Assembly: GCF_009914755.1 (NCBI RefSeq)
Contig: NC_060934.1
DNA length: 64,000 bases
Direction: 5' to 3' (one strand)
Source: the human T2T-CHM13v2.0 reference genome, Homo sapiens
Position 1 is the first letter of the stretch, and each line of letters starts with the position of its first letter. The notes beneath the pieces are model-generated. The model had not been told where the DNA came from. It saw only the letters and a list, made by a program, of their open reading frames with translations, and made no database searches. Shown piece after piece: positions 27,560 through 40,759 of this stretch. The translations under genes were made by a program, and so were the position numbers.

Positions 27560-28140
27560 TATTCCTGTTTTTTGAGCACACTATCCTGGCCTCTATCTAA
27601 TCAGATTATGTTACTCCCTTACTTAAAACTCCTTTTGCCTCATTGTATTGAGAATAAATTCAAACTCTCCACCACCCACCATGCCAACCCTCCAACCTCC
27701 CCCACTTCTCACCATGCTAATCTCTTCTACTCTCTCTGTGATTCTTCTAATCCACCCTACTTTATGTTCAGGAAGTTGGCCAAACTTTCTACCACTTTAA
27801 AGACTCTTCATTTGCATTCCCTCTGCCTAAAATGCTTCTCCCCAGGCTGTTCTCAAAGCACGTTCTAGATTTCAGCTAGCTCACTGTTACATCTGAGGAT
27901 CTTCCATAGTTATTCTTTATCACACACCATCCTATTAATTCTTTCTATGGAATTTATCACAATATAAAATTACCTTGTTATTTCTTTCTTACTGAGTCGT
28001 GCTCCCATTAGAATGTAATCTCTATAAAGACAAATGCCTTTTTTGTTTTTGTTGTTGTTGCTGTTATTCACTGTTGTGTCCACCAGATCCTAATACTGTT
28101 CCTGGCACACAGTAGGCAATAAATGAATATTTGTTGGAAC
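27560..28140 (+). mobile_element. L2 3' region
   Basis: Ends cctggcacacagtaggcaataaatgaatatttgttg, the L2 3' signature. Confidence 0.7.
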
Positions 28141-28447
28141 ATGCCACTTATTGAAATATATCCTTTTGAGTATAAAAAATGAGTTATTTTACTTGTTTTT
28201 GATGCTTAATGAGTAGGTGGGTTTGATTTTAAGATATCAGAGACTTATGCAGAATTCCATTTTTCCAAATGAAAATATCAGAAGATGATTATTTACAGGA
28301 AATAGAGGTGGGGAATAGTATGTAGAGATAGATAAGCTAGATATAAGGATTCACTAAAGATTTCTCTTAAGAAAACTAGGAAGGCGGAATTGTCCAGGAC
28401 CACCTTTACTTAAGGAACTTATGTGTACCTACCTGTATTCTGCAGAG

Positions 28448-28465
28448 TGCCACTAGGGGGCGGCA
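28448..28465 (+). promoter_or_regulatory. Candidate CTCF site
   Basis: TGCCACTAGGGGGCGGCA, a near-consensus CTCF core. Confidence 0.7.
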
Positions 28466-28979
28466 TGCACTCTTGCTCCCTCTGACCAATGACTGATGGG
28501 GTTTCTGATAACCTCTCAGTAGACAATGGTGGAGAGCCTTACACACCATCTTCCTTCACCCCACTGCCATTTCCGAAGATGGGGATAGCTCTCAAGTGCT
28601 TTAACCTGTCTAGTCCTGGTGAAGCCACCTCCAAAATTAAATTAGAGTCCTCTATTCTTCCTTCCTCATCTCCTTTTTCAGGCATTCCTGTAATTTCACG
28701 TTAGAGCAGAACACAGGATCTTTTTCCTTAAAGACAGTTTCTGGGACTATCCCTTCCCAGAACGATCCTCCGTCTAGCACACAAAATCTTTACCTCACAA
28801 TTTTACACTCCACCAGACTGTTTTACAGCTTTTAAGTGACTTCTGTTTTCCAAAATGTAGCTTGGGGGTCATAGAAACAATGGAGATTTATGACGATAAG
28901 AACTGGGCTTGAATTCTGGTGTGGTTTATTTATTAGCTGTGTAGTTCATAAGAAATCCTTTCATCTTCCTGAGTCTTGC

Positions 28980-29492
28980 TGTTACTGCAATGCTAACCAA
29001 TGTTCCATCTTGGTTTTTCTGTTCATGGTACTGAAAGCGAATCACTGAGACAATGAGTATTGCTAAGGAAGAAGACTTGAATCAGATGCCACAGCTGAGG
29101 AAATGGAAGATCAGTCTCAAATCTATCTCCCTGGCAAACTAAAATTAGGAGTTTATATAGCAGGGAAGAAATGTAACAATGTGTGGGAAAATAGGAATTA
29201 GGGGGTGTAAGGAAGAAGAGCTGGTCAACAGAAAGCAAGTTGTCAGTTAGGCAATCAGGATGAGTGAGGGGTCTGGTATCTCATTGTCTAGATGCAGTGA
29301 TCTGGTAAGCTTAAGTTCCTTGATGATACCTGGGAGGCCTGATGGTTGGTTTCCTGAGAAAGGAACTTGGATAAGAACTCGGATAAAACAAATGTAACTT
29401 TCTCAAGTTTGAAGACTGGAAGGATCAATTTCTGTGTTTATTCAAAAGAAAGCATAAACATCATGTTCTATGGGACAACTGGGCCAATTTCA
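28980..29492 (-). mobile_element. Solo ERV1 LTR (MER66-like) inserted in a MIR
   Basis: Minus strand reads TGAAATTGGCCCAGTTGTCCCATAGAAC...TATATAAAC...GTAACA (TG...CA); flanks ttgc/ctgc. Confidence 0.75.
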
Positions 29493-30875
29493 CTGCCTCC
29501 TTCATCTATTAAAGGAGGATGCCAATATCAACTATCTTGTACTTTAGCTGTAAGAATTAAAATAACATATATGCTAAATGTTTTGAAACTCAAATTCATA
29601 CAAATGTTAGTTGTTATGATTAAGAATGATAATATTTCTGTTTTCTGTTTTGCCACCTTTCATAATGATGAGAAATTTTGGGAACACACTTAAAAAGACT
29701 AGTTAAGCCAAATTTAAATATTCCAGTTATATTTCTGAATCAGGTTCTTTGGCGAGCTACTGAACACCCATTGTTCTCTGGCTTTTTGCTGAAAAATCCA
29801 ATATCGGATCTGTCAGCTCATCTTTTCTCCATGTGACTCAGAAGTTCCCATATGCAAGGAGGAATGTTGTCACTCTAAACCTACTCAAGCCTTCCTTCTC
29901 CACTTGCCATTGGTTGTTTTAGAAGAGGGTATTTAAACCTAGTACTGGTACATGAGAAGTGAGGAGAGAGCTTTTAAGGGGAATCTGAGAGATATCAGGA
30001 GATACAGCAGAAGATCTTCTGCCTCTGTAAACACTGTGTCTCAATGTGAATGGCTCTAGGTTTCTGGTTGCCCAAAGGAGCCAGTCTTACAGTCAAGCTT
30101 ATATAACGAGTATGACAACTAGATGGAAAGTACCCATTTCCTAATGACATCATTGAGCTGTTGATGGTACTGAGCCTCAAGCTGCCCCAACCTCTGTGCT
30201 TCTTGTTATGTGAGATAATGAACAAAAACAATGGCTAAACACAATGAGAGTTTGATTAGGAGCTCTTGACCTTCAAATTACAAATACAATTTCCAACTAG
30301 AATTTTTAAGACTGACACCTAATGAGGACTTGATGCATACACAATTCTTGTTTTATTTGTATTAGTGTCTGATGGCTCTTTTCTTTTCCTTAAGACCCTG
30401 TACAAACATAAGATGGAAAATAATAACATACCCTTTTCATGTTTCTAATTCACCTATATAGAAATTATTAATCTAAGGAATTTAGGGAGAAAACAAAGAT
30501 GGAATTTAACATTTGTTGTTCATCTGTGAGCCAGGCAGTCTGAAGCATGTTCACATAGCTATAGCACGTTTAGTCTTCACGACACTGCAGAGTATACCAA
30601 CTGACTTTGCAGATAAAGAGAATGAAGCTAAAAAATAGTGATGTGTAGAAACGGCAGTATGTGGTTGCAACGTGGTTAGACTGACTCCAACTTTGGTTTA
30701 TTTCTAGTATACTGTGTTGCATGAAAAATCCCAGTAAGTTTGGGGCCAATTTTTGTTAAGTATATTTTGGCTTCTATCTAAGGTTCAAACAGATACCCCA
30801 AGATACAAAATAAGAACACCTTAATATTTTTGTGTGGTAATTTGGCAATATGAATCAAGATACTTAAAAATGCAG

Positions 30876-31078
30876 GACCAGCCTGACCAACATAGTGAAA
30901 CTCCATCTCTACTAAAAACACAATAATTAGCCAGGCATGGTGGCACGTGCCTGTAATCCCAGCTACTTGGCTGGGAGTCTGAGACAGCAGAATCACTTTA
31001 ACTCAGGAGGTGGAGATTGCAGTAAGCTGGGATCACGGCACTGCACTCCAGCCTGGCAACAACAGTGAAACTCTGCCT

Positions 31079-31109
<31 letters not shown>
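30876..31109 (+). mobile_element. 5'-truncated Alu within old L1M sequence
   Basis: Starts gaccagcctgaccaac; long A-tail. Confidence 0.85.
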
Positions 31110-31111
<2 letters not shown>

Positions 31112-32701
31112 TACCCTTTGACCTAGGGTTTATTTCTGAGAATTCTATCTAAGGAAAAAAATCAAGGATCAATGCAAAGATTCAACAACAAAGATATTTA
31201 TCAGTGTTATTTATAATAAAAAATTTTGGAGAAAACATAATGGCCAACAATAGAAAAAGAACTTAATAAACTATGGAACATTTAGAGTTTGCTATTAAAA
31301 TCTTGCTTTTATGAGGAAATGCTTAATATATTTTATATTATAGAAGTAGGTTACCAATTAGTAATATTATTCCAATGTTAATTTCCTAGTTTTGAAAAAT
31401 ATACCATGGTTACATAAAATGTTAACATTAGAGGAAGCTGGGTATAAAGTACATGTATTCTGTACTATCTTGGGTGACTTTTCTGTGTATCTAAAATTAT
31501 TCCAAAATAAAAGTTTTTAAAAAGTAGGTTACCAAAATACGTGCATTATGGACCTGAGTTTTTTTGCAAGTCGTATATATATCTATAAATGTATGTTTGC
31601 ACAGGAAAAATAAATAAAAGATATATATGAGATGTCAACAACAGCGGAGAGCCACTAATGTGAAAGAGTTGGCAATCTTTACAACAAATCCCTAGTCCAG
31701 CCCTTCTACAGCCGGGCAAGTAGGGGAGCGGGGAGTCAAGATGGACTTGTGAGATCAACTGTCTCTAATCTCTCTGCTTGTTCTTTCTCTACTTCCCATG
31801 CCTCATATTGCTGTTGAGCTGTGCAATAAGCCTATCTTTGGTCTGAGAATTACCAAGTTTAAAATAGGGACACAAGAAAAGCCCCGGAAGAGGTCTTCAA
31901 ACCACTTCTTGCTCTGAGTGGCTCAAAGTGAAATTTGCAAGCTGAAGGGGAAATGAACCATCTTGAACAGTCTGCCCGTGGTAAAGTGTTCCTGGTTTGT
32001 TCCCTTTCTCCTCCTAATGGAAAACAGAAAGAAACTGGCTGCACTTCATAATAAGGGACCAAGCACTCATCCCCCTTGGGGCTTGCTGTAATAGTATTAA
32101 GTATGATGAACTCTTTCCATATTCAATTCTGGTGAGTGTATGATGTGATTCCATAGGAAGTATCTTGTAATTTGGCATTAATTAATGTCAATTAATGCAT
32201 GCAACTGCTAGACATTAGAATTAATTTCATTACTTTTCCTACACAGATGTTTTCCTTGCCATAGGTAATTAGGACACTGTGCTGTTCTTTTCAAGCATCT
32301 TCACTCTCTGCAACAGCTGCTGCTTAGAATAATGCAATCCCCATCCACCCAAAACCTGTGCTGTTCTAGAGAAGGGAAGCTGCTTTTAAAAAGGTAGGCT
32401 TTGAACAGAGGATCAGAGGTTTAAATGCAGGCTCAAGGCCTGCTAGCTTAGTAAATCACTCCACGTCTCCAAACGCTGATCTAGAAAATGGGAACAAACA
32501 ATATCCATCTAGCCAGAAGTTATGACATTTGATGACCTTAGTCTTGAAATGTGTTGAGTCTAGCGCCAGATTAGACTGTACTCACATAATGATAGCTGTA
32601 GTTGGTATTTAAGTCCTCTCTCTGTAATCACCAATACTGCTCACTGTGTCTCAAGCTAACCACCTGTAAAGTGCTAAGGATATTTCTACCTGAGGCAGCT
32701 T

Positions 32702-32996
32702 CTTTCTTTTTCTTTTTTTTGAGGACAGAGTCTCACTCTGTCACCCAGGCTGGAGTACAGTGGCAGCGATCTCAGGTCACTGCAACCTCCCGAGTTCAAA
32801 CAACTCTCCTGCCCCAGCCTCCCGAGTAGCTGGGACCACAGGCGCATGCCACCACGCCTGGCTAATTTTTGTATTTTTAGTAGAGACAGGGTTTCACCAT
32901 GTTGGTCAGGCTGGTCTCGAACTCCTGACCTCGTGATTCGTCTGCCTCAGCCTCCCAAAGTGCTGTGATTACAGGAGTGAGCCACCACACCCGGCC
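32702..32996 (-). mobile_element. AluS
   Basis: Antisense dimer. Confidence 0.9.
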
Positions 32997-33798
32997 ACTT
33001 CTTTCTTTTTATATTCAATTTTTGTTTGGGTTAAAGATTTTTTAAGTACGTTTTTAAAAACACCATGAAAAAATATTCTCCTTATATAATAATTAATACA
33101 AATACAGATCTTCTGCATAGGCAGCAGACAGCACTGCCAAATAAGTAGGGCTACAAGGAGAATGTGGAAGTCATCTCTGCACCCAACACACAGGGCCAAT
33201 CAGCAGGTGTGGCAGGTGTTCCGTCTTCCTGTTGGAGCGATCTTCTAGGTCCTAGTTCCATCTCCAGCATGGCGTGTGACTCTGAGAAGGTCATCAACCA
33301 AGCTCAGTTTTAGACTATTTCTTTACATAATGAGAGTTATTAGAAGCTTAGAAACAAAACGGATGTTAAAAATCAGACTATGACTTTAAGATCCAACAAA
33401 TCTTTACCATAAATTATCCACTGAAACCTGTTTCCTTCCCACTGCTGCCAAAACAAAACAAAGCTCTGTGATGTTGCTGGCAAGTCTGTGTCTTGAGGGC
33501 TTCTGCTATTTCTAAACAGCATGCTTAACTCCTGGCTGATTCCCTATGTTCATTCAGAGTTCTGCTGGCTTGAACAGCCTTTTCCTTTCCTGTTACTCAG
33601 TCCAAATACTTCCTGGACCTTCTTCTGTGAACTTTTTCCTGGGGCTTAGACAAACCTTTCCATCCCCAGAATGTCTTCATTGATAACAGCAGCAGCAGCA
33701 CTAACCTCCAAAATAACCAGAGCAACCTTTCCTCGGGGTCAGGAACTGTGCTAAGTGGATCACATGTTTTTTTCTCTCTTAAATTTTGCTTAAAATCC

Positions 33799-33908
33799 AG
33801 GCCGGGCTCAGTGATTCACACTTGTAATCCCCAAACTTTGGGATGCCGAGGCGGGTGGATCACTTGAGGTCAGGAGTTTGCGACCAGCCTGACCAACACA
33901 GCAAAAAA
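33799..33908 (+). mobile_element. Alu left-monomer fragment
   Basis: ggccgggctcagtg...accagcctgaccaac. Confidence 0.8.
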
Positions 33909-34633
33909 ATATATTACAGGTCTCTGGGACTCTATCCATCCATTCTATCATTCAACAAGTGTTTATTTAGCACCAAATACTTTAATTTTCCCTAATATTG
34001 TAGACGTTTAATTATAAACAAAGCTAGAAACGATGCAGGCAAGCATAAGCACTTTGAAACTCACCTATTCCTCATTGTTTCCACTTGGAAACAATTTAAA
34101 TCAGCAATTTAAGCAATCTGTTTAAAAGCAGAACAGATTTTAAAGCCCATACAAGCGCATATAACTTTTCCTTTTGTTCTACTGCTCTATTACTTATTTT
34201 GAAACTTCTGTATTAAATGTTCTCACTCATCACGCACGCACACACGTGTCAACACGCTGCTGTTCATATACACTTAATTCCTATCAGGATTCTAGTGCCC
34301 TCTGTCACATGTACCAGCTAGAAATTGAGAATGTCAAAAGTGAGATTCTAGTCTTGGTTCCAGAAAGTCTACACAGAGGACAAGATACTTCTGTGAAAAT
34401 TATAGACTTACATCAAATGTTCTAGCTTGGCATGATGAGTGTGATTTAGCATTGCTTTCTTCTGTGAAATTTCTTGATTTGGGACCAGTGTAATTGACTA
34501 AATATTGTATTTTATTGTTGGCCTTCAGGCATTCAGGAGGCCATGACTACTACAGGGAAAATTCTGGGATCATAAAATTTAGCCAAGCATGAAACTAAAA
34601 ACTGGGAACATGAGAGAGAAAACAAAAGCACAC

Positions 34634-34703
34634 TATTAGGTTGGTGCAAAAAGTAACTGCAGTAATTGCCAAAAACCGCAATTACCTTTGCACCAATCTA
34701 ATA
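34634..34703. mobile_element. MADE1 (Hsmar1 MITE), internally deleted
   Basis: ta-ttaggttggtgcaaaaagtaactgc...ccgcaattacctttgcaccaatctaa-ta: Hsmar1 TIRs with TA duplications. Confidence 0.9.
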
Positions 34704-35263
34704 ATATAAATACAGAAAGTTCACTGTCCAATTACAATGCAGCATGGTGAGCGCATCCTAGGATGAATGGAAGTGCTATGGGCTTGCCGGTGAAATATTT
34801 AATCCTCATACCTCTGCACAGATGTTTTACTCTGTGCTAGAAACTTTTCCTGTGACTCTGAATTTATTTCACTTTGTATCACACAGAGCTGTGGACTTGT
34901 TATTCTTTCATGGCCTATTTAGTCCTCTTTAGGCTAGAGACTATTTTACTATTCAGACTATGTTATAGAGTGAATTACTTTCGTCAGGGATGGGGACATG
35001 ATGGAAAAGCTGAGGGAAAGCCTAGAAGGCTGCCTGGAATGATGACAAGGATAACTCATTATTCCAGAAAGAAGGAGCACTGGGCAGGAGCAGAGAGGCA
35101 AGAGAGAATGTGAGATGTGTTTGGGGAACACTGGCTGTGTGTTTTGCGAGAAAGTCCTACTGGAAACCCACACTAGAACCTAGTTTAGTTGGGTAAAGAC
35201 AGAAAATCATATACAAAGTCACACTCAATCATGGAGAACTGAGAAGCACATCACATAACTTTC

Positions 35264-36018
35264 TGTGTCCGCAATTGGTTCCTTCTGGTGGGTTCTTGGT
35301 CTTGCTGACTTCATGAATGAAGCTGCAGACCCTCACGGTGAGTGTTACAGTTCTTAAAGATGGTGTGCCCGGAGTTTATTCCTTCAGATGTTCAGATGTG
35401 TCCAGAGTTTCTTCCTTCTGGTGGGTTCGTGGTCTTTCTGACTTCAGGAGTGAAGCCGCAAACCTTCGCGCTGTTACAGCTCATAAAGGTAATGCAGACC
35501 CAAAGAGTGAGCAGCAGCAAGATTTATTGCAAAGAGCAAAAGAACAAAGCTGCCACAGCATGGAAGGGAACCCGAGTGGGTTGCCACTGCTGGCTGGGGT
35601 GGCCAGCTTTTATTCCCTTATTTGGCCCTGCCCACGTCCTGCTGATTGGTCCATTTTACAGAGTGCTGATTGGTCCGTTTTTACAGAGTGCTGATTGGTG
35701 CATTTACAAACCTTTGGCTAGACACAGAGTGCTGACTGGTGTGTTTTTACAGAGTGCTGATTGGTGGATTTACAAACCTTTAGCTAGACACAGACCGCTG
35801 ATGGGTGCGTTTTTACAGAGTGCTGATTGGTGCATTTACAAACCTTTAGCTAGACACAGACCGCTGATGGGTGCGTTTTTACAGAGTGCTGATTGGTGCG
35901 TTTACAAACCTTTAGCTAGACACAAAGCACTGATTAGTGCGTTTACAAACCTTTAGCTAGACACAAAAGTTCTCCAAGTCCCCACCCAATCCAGAAGCCC
36001 ACCCAGCTTCACCTCTCA
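35264..36018 (-). mobile_element. Solo LTR12 (ERV9 LTR), sense to SORCS1
   Basis: Minus strand starts TGAGAGGTGAAGC and ends ...GGAACCAATTGCGGACACA. Has tandem ACCAATCAGC U3 repeats, an AATAAAA TATA-like box (35608-35614) and AATAAA (35523-35528). Flanks tttc/tgtc. Confidence 0.93.
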
Positions 36019-36298
36019 TGTCCAAATTAAGTTTACAAAGACAGTAGGGAGTAGGGGAAGGAGTTAAAGAGCGACAGAGACAGAGAGAGAAGGATAAAAA
36101 GTAGGAAGAAAAGAAGAAAGCAAGCAAGAATGAAAAGTGGAAAGTGGGGAGGAAGAAATGAAACCATTTAGCTCATGAAGGAGAAAGCATACAGTTTCCA
36201 GTTTCTTCTCCAGGTGTTTTATTTTTATTTTTGGAAGGGGGAGTGAGGGGAGAAGGTGTGCACATTTACTTAGATGTGTCTACACGCTATAAGATTAA

Positions 36299-36655
<357 letters not shown>

Positions 36656-36799
36656 TCAATGAATAACTTCTTGATTATTTTTATCACCCTCCATACCAGC
36701 TATCATACCTGAAACATAAGAGATGCTCAACAAAGAACAGTATGGCACAGTCCTTGTCTCAGATAATGGAATAAAGACAGATGACACGTTTGCCCGCCC

Positions 36800-37410
36800 C
36801 TCTCTCTATTCCAGCCACCTGGCCTTCTGTTATGCCTCAGCCATGCTAAGCATCCTCATATCCATATCCTTTGCATGTACTCTTCCATTTGTCTGGAATG
36901 CTCTTCCACCAGGCAGACACACAAGTCTCTCCCATATTTCCATACAGACTTGGCTTAAATACCAAATGCCACCTTATCCGAGATTTCTTCCTTGATGGCC
37001 CTCTTTCTCTGATCACTCTCTATTCTCCCTACTCTGTTTTTCTCACACATTTGTAGCTCCACTTCTCATACAAATACTTCATGCATTTTTTATAACATCT
37101 CCCCTAACTAGAAGGTAAACTTTATGAGAGCAGAGCCTTTGCATCAATTCCTAATCATCCCTCATTCATGCCTAGAAGAGCATCTGATGTGGCGTAGATG
37201 TCCAACAATATTTTTTGAATGAATGAATAATAGGTCCAGAGTGAAACAGACCTGGCTTTAAATCCTAACTCTGAAACAATGGAAAAAACACTTAATCTTT
37301 GTAAGCCCCACTTCCCCATCATTAAAATGAGGAAAATAAGAATAGTGTCTACCTCCAAGGATTGTTATAAGTAAGGCAGCTGAAAAGTATCTAGTGTGCT
37401 CACACCAGAT
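36800..37410. mobile_element. L2 3' region followed by a MIR
   Basis: L2 end aatattttttgaatgaatgaat, then a MIR core. Confidence 0.6.
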
Positions 37411-39057
37411 AAATAATAGGAATATAATGCATGATCCTAGCATCATTGTCACTTGAGAATTTAGAGGACAAAGGAAGAAAATATGTGAGTAAATGCCGAT
37501 GCTACTTTTTTTTTTAAGTACGATGCTACTTTTTTTTTAAGCCGGAGCCAGAAACATTAGAAATTTTTCACTTGGGGATTACCACACCTGCATGTTATAT
37601 GGAGTGCTGCTATTGTATTCTGAGGGATACCAAGGACCCAAAGCCTAGATCTTTGTCCTAAAGTTAAGGCCTGTGAGTGAAAAGTTTTCTGTGCACCTTT
37701 GTTCTCTCAGCCTCAGCATGGAAGATAAGGGCACAGAGCTTCATGCAGGTGGGTGGGCACCTGGGAAGCAGAGGAAGTGGCATATAATGGCTACAAAGAA
37801 CCCAATTTGAAAGCTGCCCAGCTGAGCCTGTTGTTGTACTGTCACTATCAGGCTTTTCAATGCTGTGCTAGGAGGCCCGTGTTATCTTATTTCATGCTTT
37901 TCTGGGTGGTTGTTAGGGCTGTCTTCAGGCTACTAAATCAGAGAGGTCAAGTGGATATCACTAGTCATTGAAATCAAGAGCCTTTTGCAATACGAAATAT
38001 GGGGTCAGAATAACACTGCTAGAAAAAAAAAAAGCATAGTACTAGATTCTGGCTATACTAGCTAAACCTTGATGCTTTATTTGGGGATAGAAGAGAGGTG
38101 AGAATGTGCATTTTCTCAGCATGTCAGGAAGTGGTAAGGATCTGTTAGAATCTGAAGCTGACCAGAAATGGAAACGTCTAACCTCTTCCAAGGTCTACCT
38201 TGGAAGTTATTAATAAATTGACTAAAAAAAAGATAAAGGAAGACTATGAAATGCGGGGTCTAATAATGGCAACTGTTGTGCTAGTGTTGGAACTTTGGCC
38301 AAAGTGGGGGTAGCAATCTGATATTTTTAAATGTGTGTATCAATGCCAAAGGTTTCATCTTTTCTATTCAAAAGATTTGATTTTTTAATCAAGAAGAAAT
38401 AAAGGTAGTGACGAAAAACAAATAAAAATTCTCAACCTCACTCCTAATTAAATAAATACAGATTAAAACAATAAGGATATGCCTTTTTAAAATTTGCTCT
38501 CAGATGGGTTATATTTGAAAAGTCTTTGATAATGTCCAAGATTGCTGAGGGCTTGCAAACACAGGCATTATGATACTGATAGACTATTTATTGTTGCAAA
38601 TATTTCAGAAGGCAATCTGACAATGTTTACAAAAATTTGAAATGTATATAATCTCTGACCCAGGAATTTTCCTTCATAAATTCTCTTTCCGTAGTGTTTG
38701 CTGCTTACGCGAGCTTGAATGCGGACTAACCAAATAAATAATATGTGTGTATGTGTATATATTCGCATTGTTTGAAATAACCAGAGGTCTGTATATCTAC
38801 AAAGGTCTCTATAATTTAGTAATTACTAAATATAGTTGACTTTATAATGGAGTTCTATGTATCAATTAACCATGAAGTTGCTAAATTTATATGTGCTGAT
38901 ATGAAAAGATTTTTAACTTATATTTGTATTCACAAACACTAAATTTGCCACAACAATTTTTCAACAAGAACATGCGTGTAAGTATACGTGTCTATACATA
39001 TACATACTCATCTGTATAAGCCTAAACAATTTCTGGAGAAATATAGCAAATATATAA

Positions 39058-39059
<2 letters not shown>

Positions 39060-39108
<49 letters not shown>

Positions 39109-39140
39109 ACAATAAAAAGATAAGAGTTTATATATATATA
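39060..39140. repeat. (AC)n/(AT)n microsatellite
   Basis: Direct read. Confidence 0.9.
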
Positions 39141-39998
39141 TACCTTTTTATTGTTATCATTGCTATTTTTGTTGGTATAAAAGTAATCTATATTCATAGT
39201 AAACACACTCTGTAGCTGAGATATTGAAGACTTTGAGAACTGAGATCTCTATTACCTCCCCAAAGCATTTCAGCAGCGTTTACCTTATCCAGATTTTGAC
39301 ATACTTACTGTTCAATACGGAAACTAGGTTGGAAAGCTGGTGGATAGGAAGTAGAAAATGAGATTTCCAGTTCTTACCCAAGACCAGAATTAGTGGGATG
39401 CATAGTTATATAAAGTTGTGAGTTTCTTTTATTTCTGCTTGTTAAAATGCTAGTTTGAGGTTCATTTCACAGAGTTCTCAGGCAGTCATTTTCACAGTTG
39501 GTTAAAGGGCCAAGGTTTGTTGTTCCCCGGTGAATGAGATTAGTCCTTGGGAAACTTGTTATGAGGTTACTTATTCATGAAAATAAACACTGGGACCAGT
39601 AATTGTCCCCTGTCCCCTGTTCCTGCTGGCACAGATCACCACCAGTACAGAAACATTCAGGTTGCGGGTTGGGCCTTTTATTTCAGAAGTAAAAGGGAGA
39701 AGCAATAATGGCCAAAGGTGGTACTGCAGGTTCTCTTACAGATGACCATAATATACAACTATATATCCATGTGTAATTGCCATGTGAAAAATTCTGATAA
39801 AAGTTATGTTATTTTCCTCCAAAATCAAATATGCATAAAATGTGGCACCCAGTTTCAGGGAGGTAGTAAGTCTCTTGCATTCATCTGTTAGTGCTCCAGG
39901 ACTCCACAGACCCAGTGGTTAAAGATCCTTCTTTCAGTAGATATACCTAAACAGTGACACATTAATATATTTATTCAACAAATATTAAATGTTTCATC

Positions 39999-40130
39999 TG
40001 GGTGTGGTGGCTCATGCCTATCCCAGCACTTGGTCAAGGCAGGAGGATCGCTTGAGCCCAGGAGTTTAAGACCAGCCTGGGCAACATGGTGAGACCTTAT
40101 CTCTACTAAAAACGTAAAATAAAATAAAAA
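39999..40130 (+). mobile_element. FLAM/AluJ monomer
   Basis: gaggatcgcttgagcccaggagttt; monomer length. Confidence 0.8.
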
Positions 40131-40344
40131 AGAATGTTTTGGGCTCTAAGTTATCTTTTGGACATAGAACGGAGATTAAATAAGATACAACTTTTCACAC
40201 AGCTTTCAATCCAACAGTTTGGTCAACGTTTTCTCTTTAACTATATGCATTACACACACACATACACAAATGCACCTATGTTAGGTAAATCAATAGAATG
40301 TAGGTTTCCTTTTTAGTATTTTAATGTACTGGGCTCCTACGATG

Positions 40345-40375
<31 letters not shown>

Positions 40376-40759
40376 TATTTAAACAATAAAAGATCTGCTT
40401 CATGGATGAGGACCTGTCAATTTGTCTTCTTTGAACTCAGGGGCCAATAATAAATGCCACATCCAATAAATATGTTCAAAAATTTCCAGTAATACCTCCC
40501 GTGATTGATTGTAGTTGAGCCTGCTCTTTTCAGCTCACCTCCCAAGGCAGAAAGTAATACAATAAAGAATAACATCCTTGTCACAGATGTAAACTACAAG
40601 ATATCTACATATTAGAGGATAGTTGGTAAGAAACATCAGTGCCAACCATAGACTCTCACAGAACAAAAGCTTTCTAAAGGATCTAAGATAAAGTACTAGT
40701 TTATATAAATAACCACACATTCCTATGCAGACACTTGTTGCTTTGGGAGCAAAGGTTCA

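Noticed and set aside
35317-35956. Longest ORFs (204 aa and 125 aa) with internal repeats
   Set aside because: They are translations of the antisense strand of the LTR12 U3 tandem repeats, not a gene.
35640-35965. Regularly spaced repeats superficially like a CRISPR array
   Set aside because: Tandem LTR12 enhancer units with no unique spacers, in eukaryotic DNA with no cas genes.
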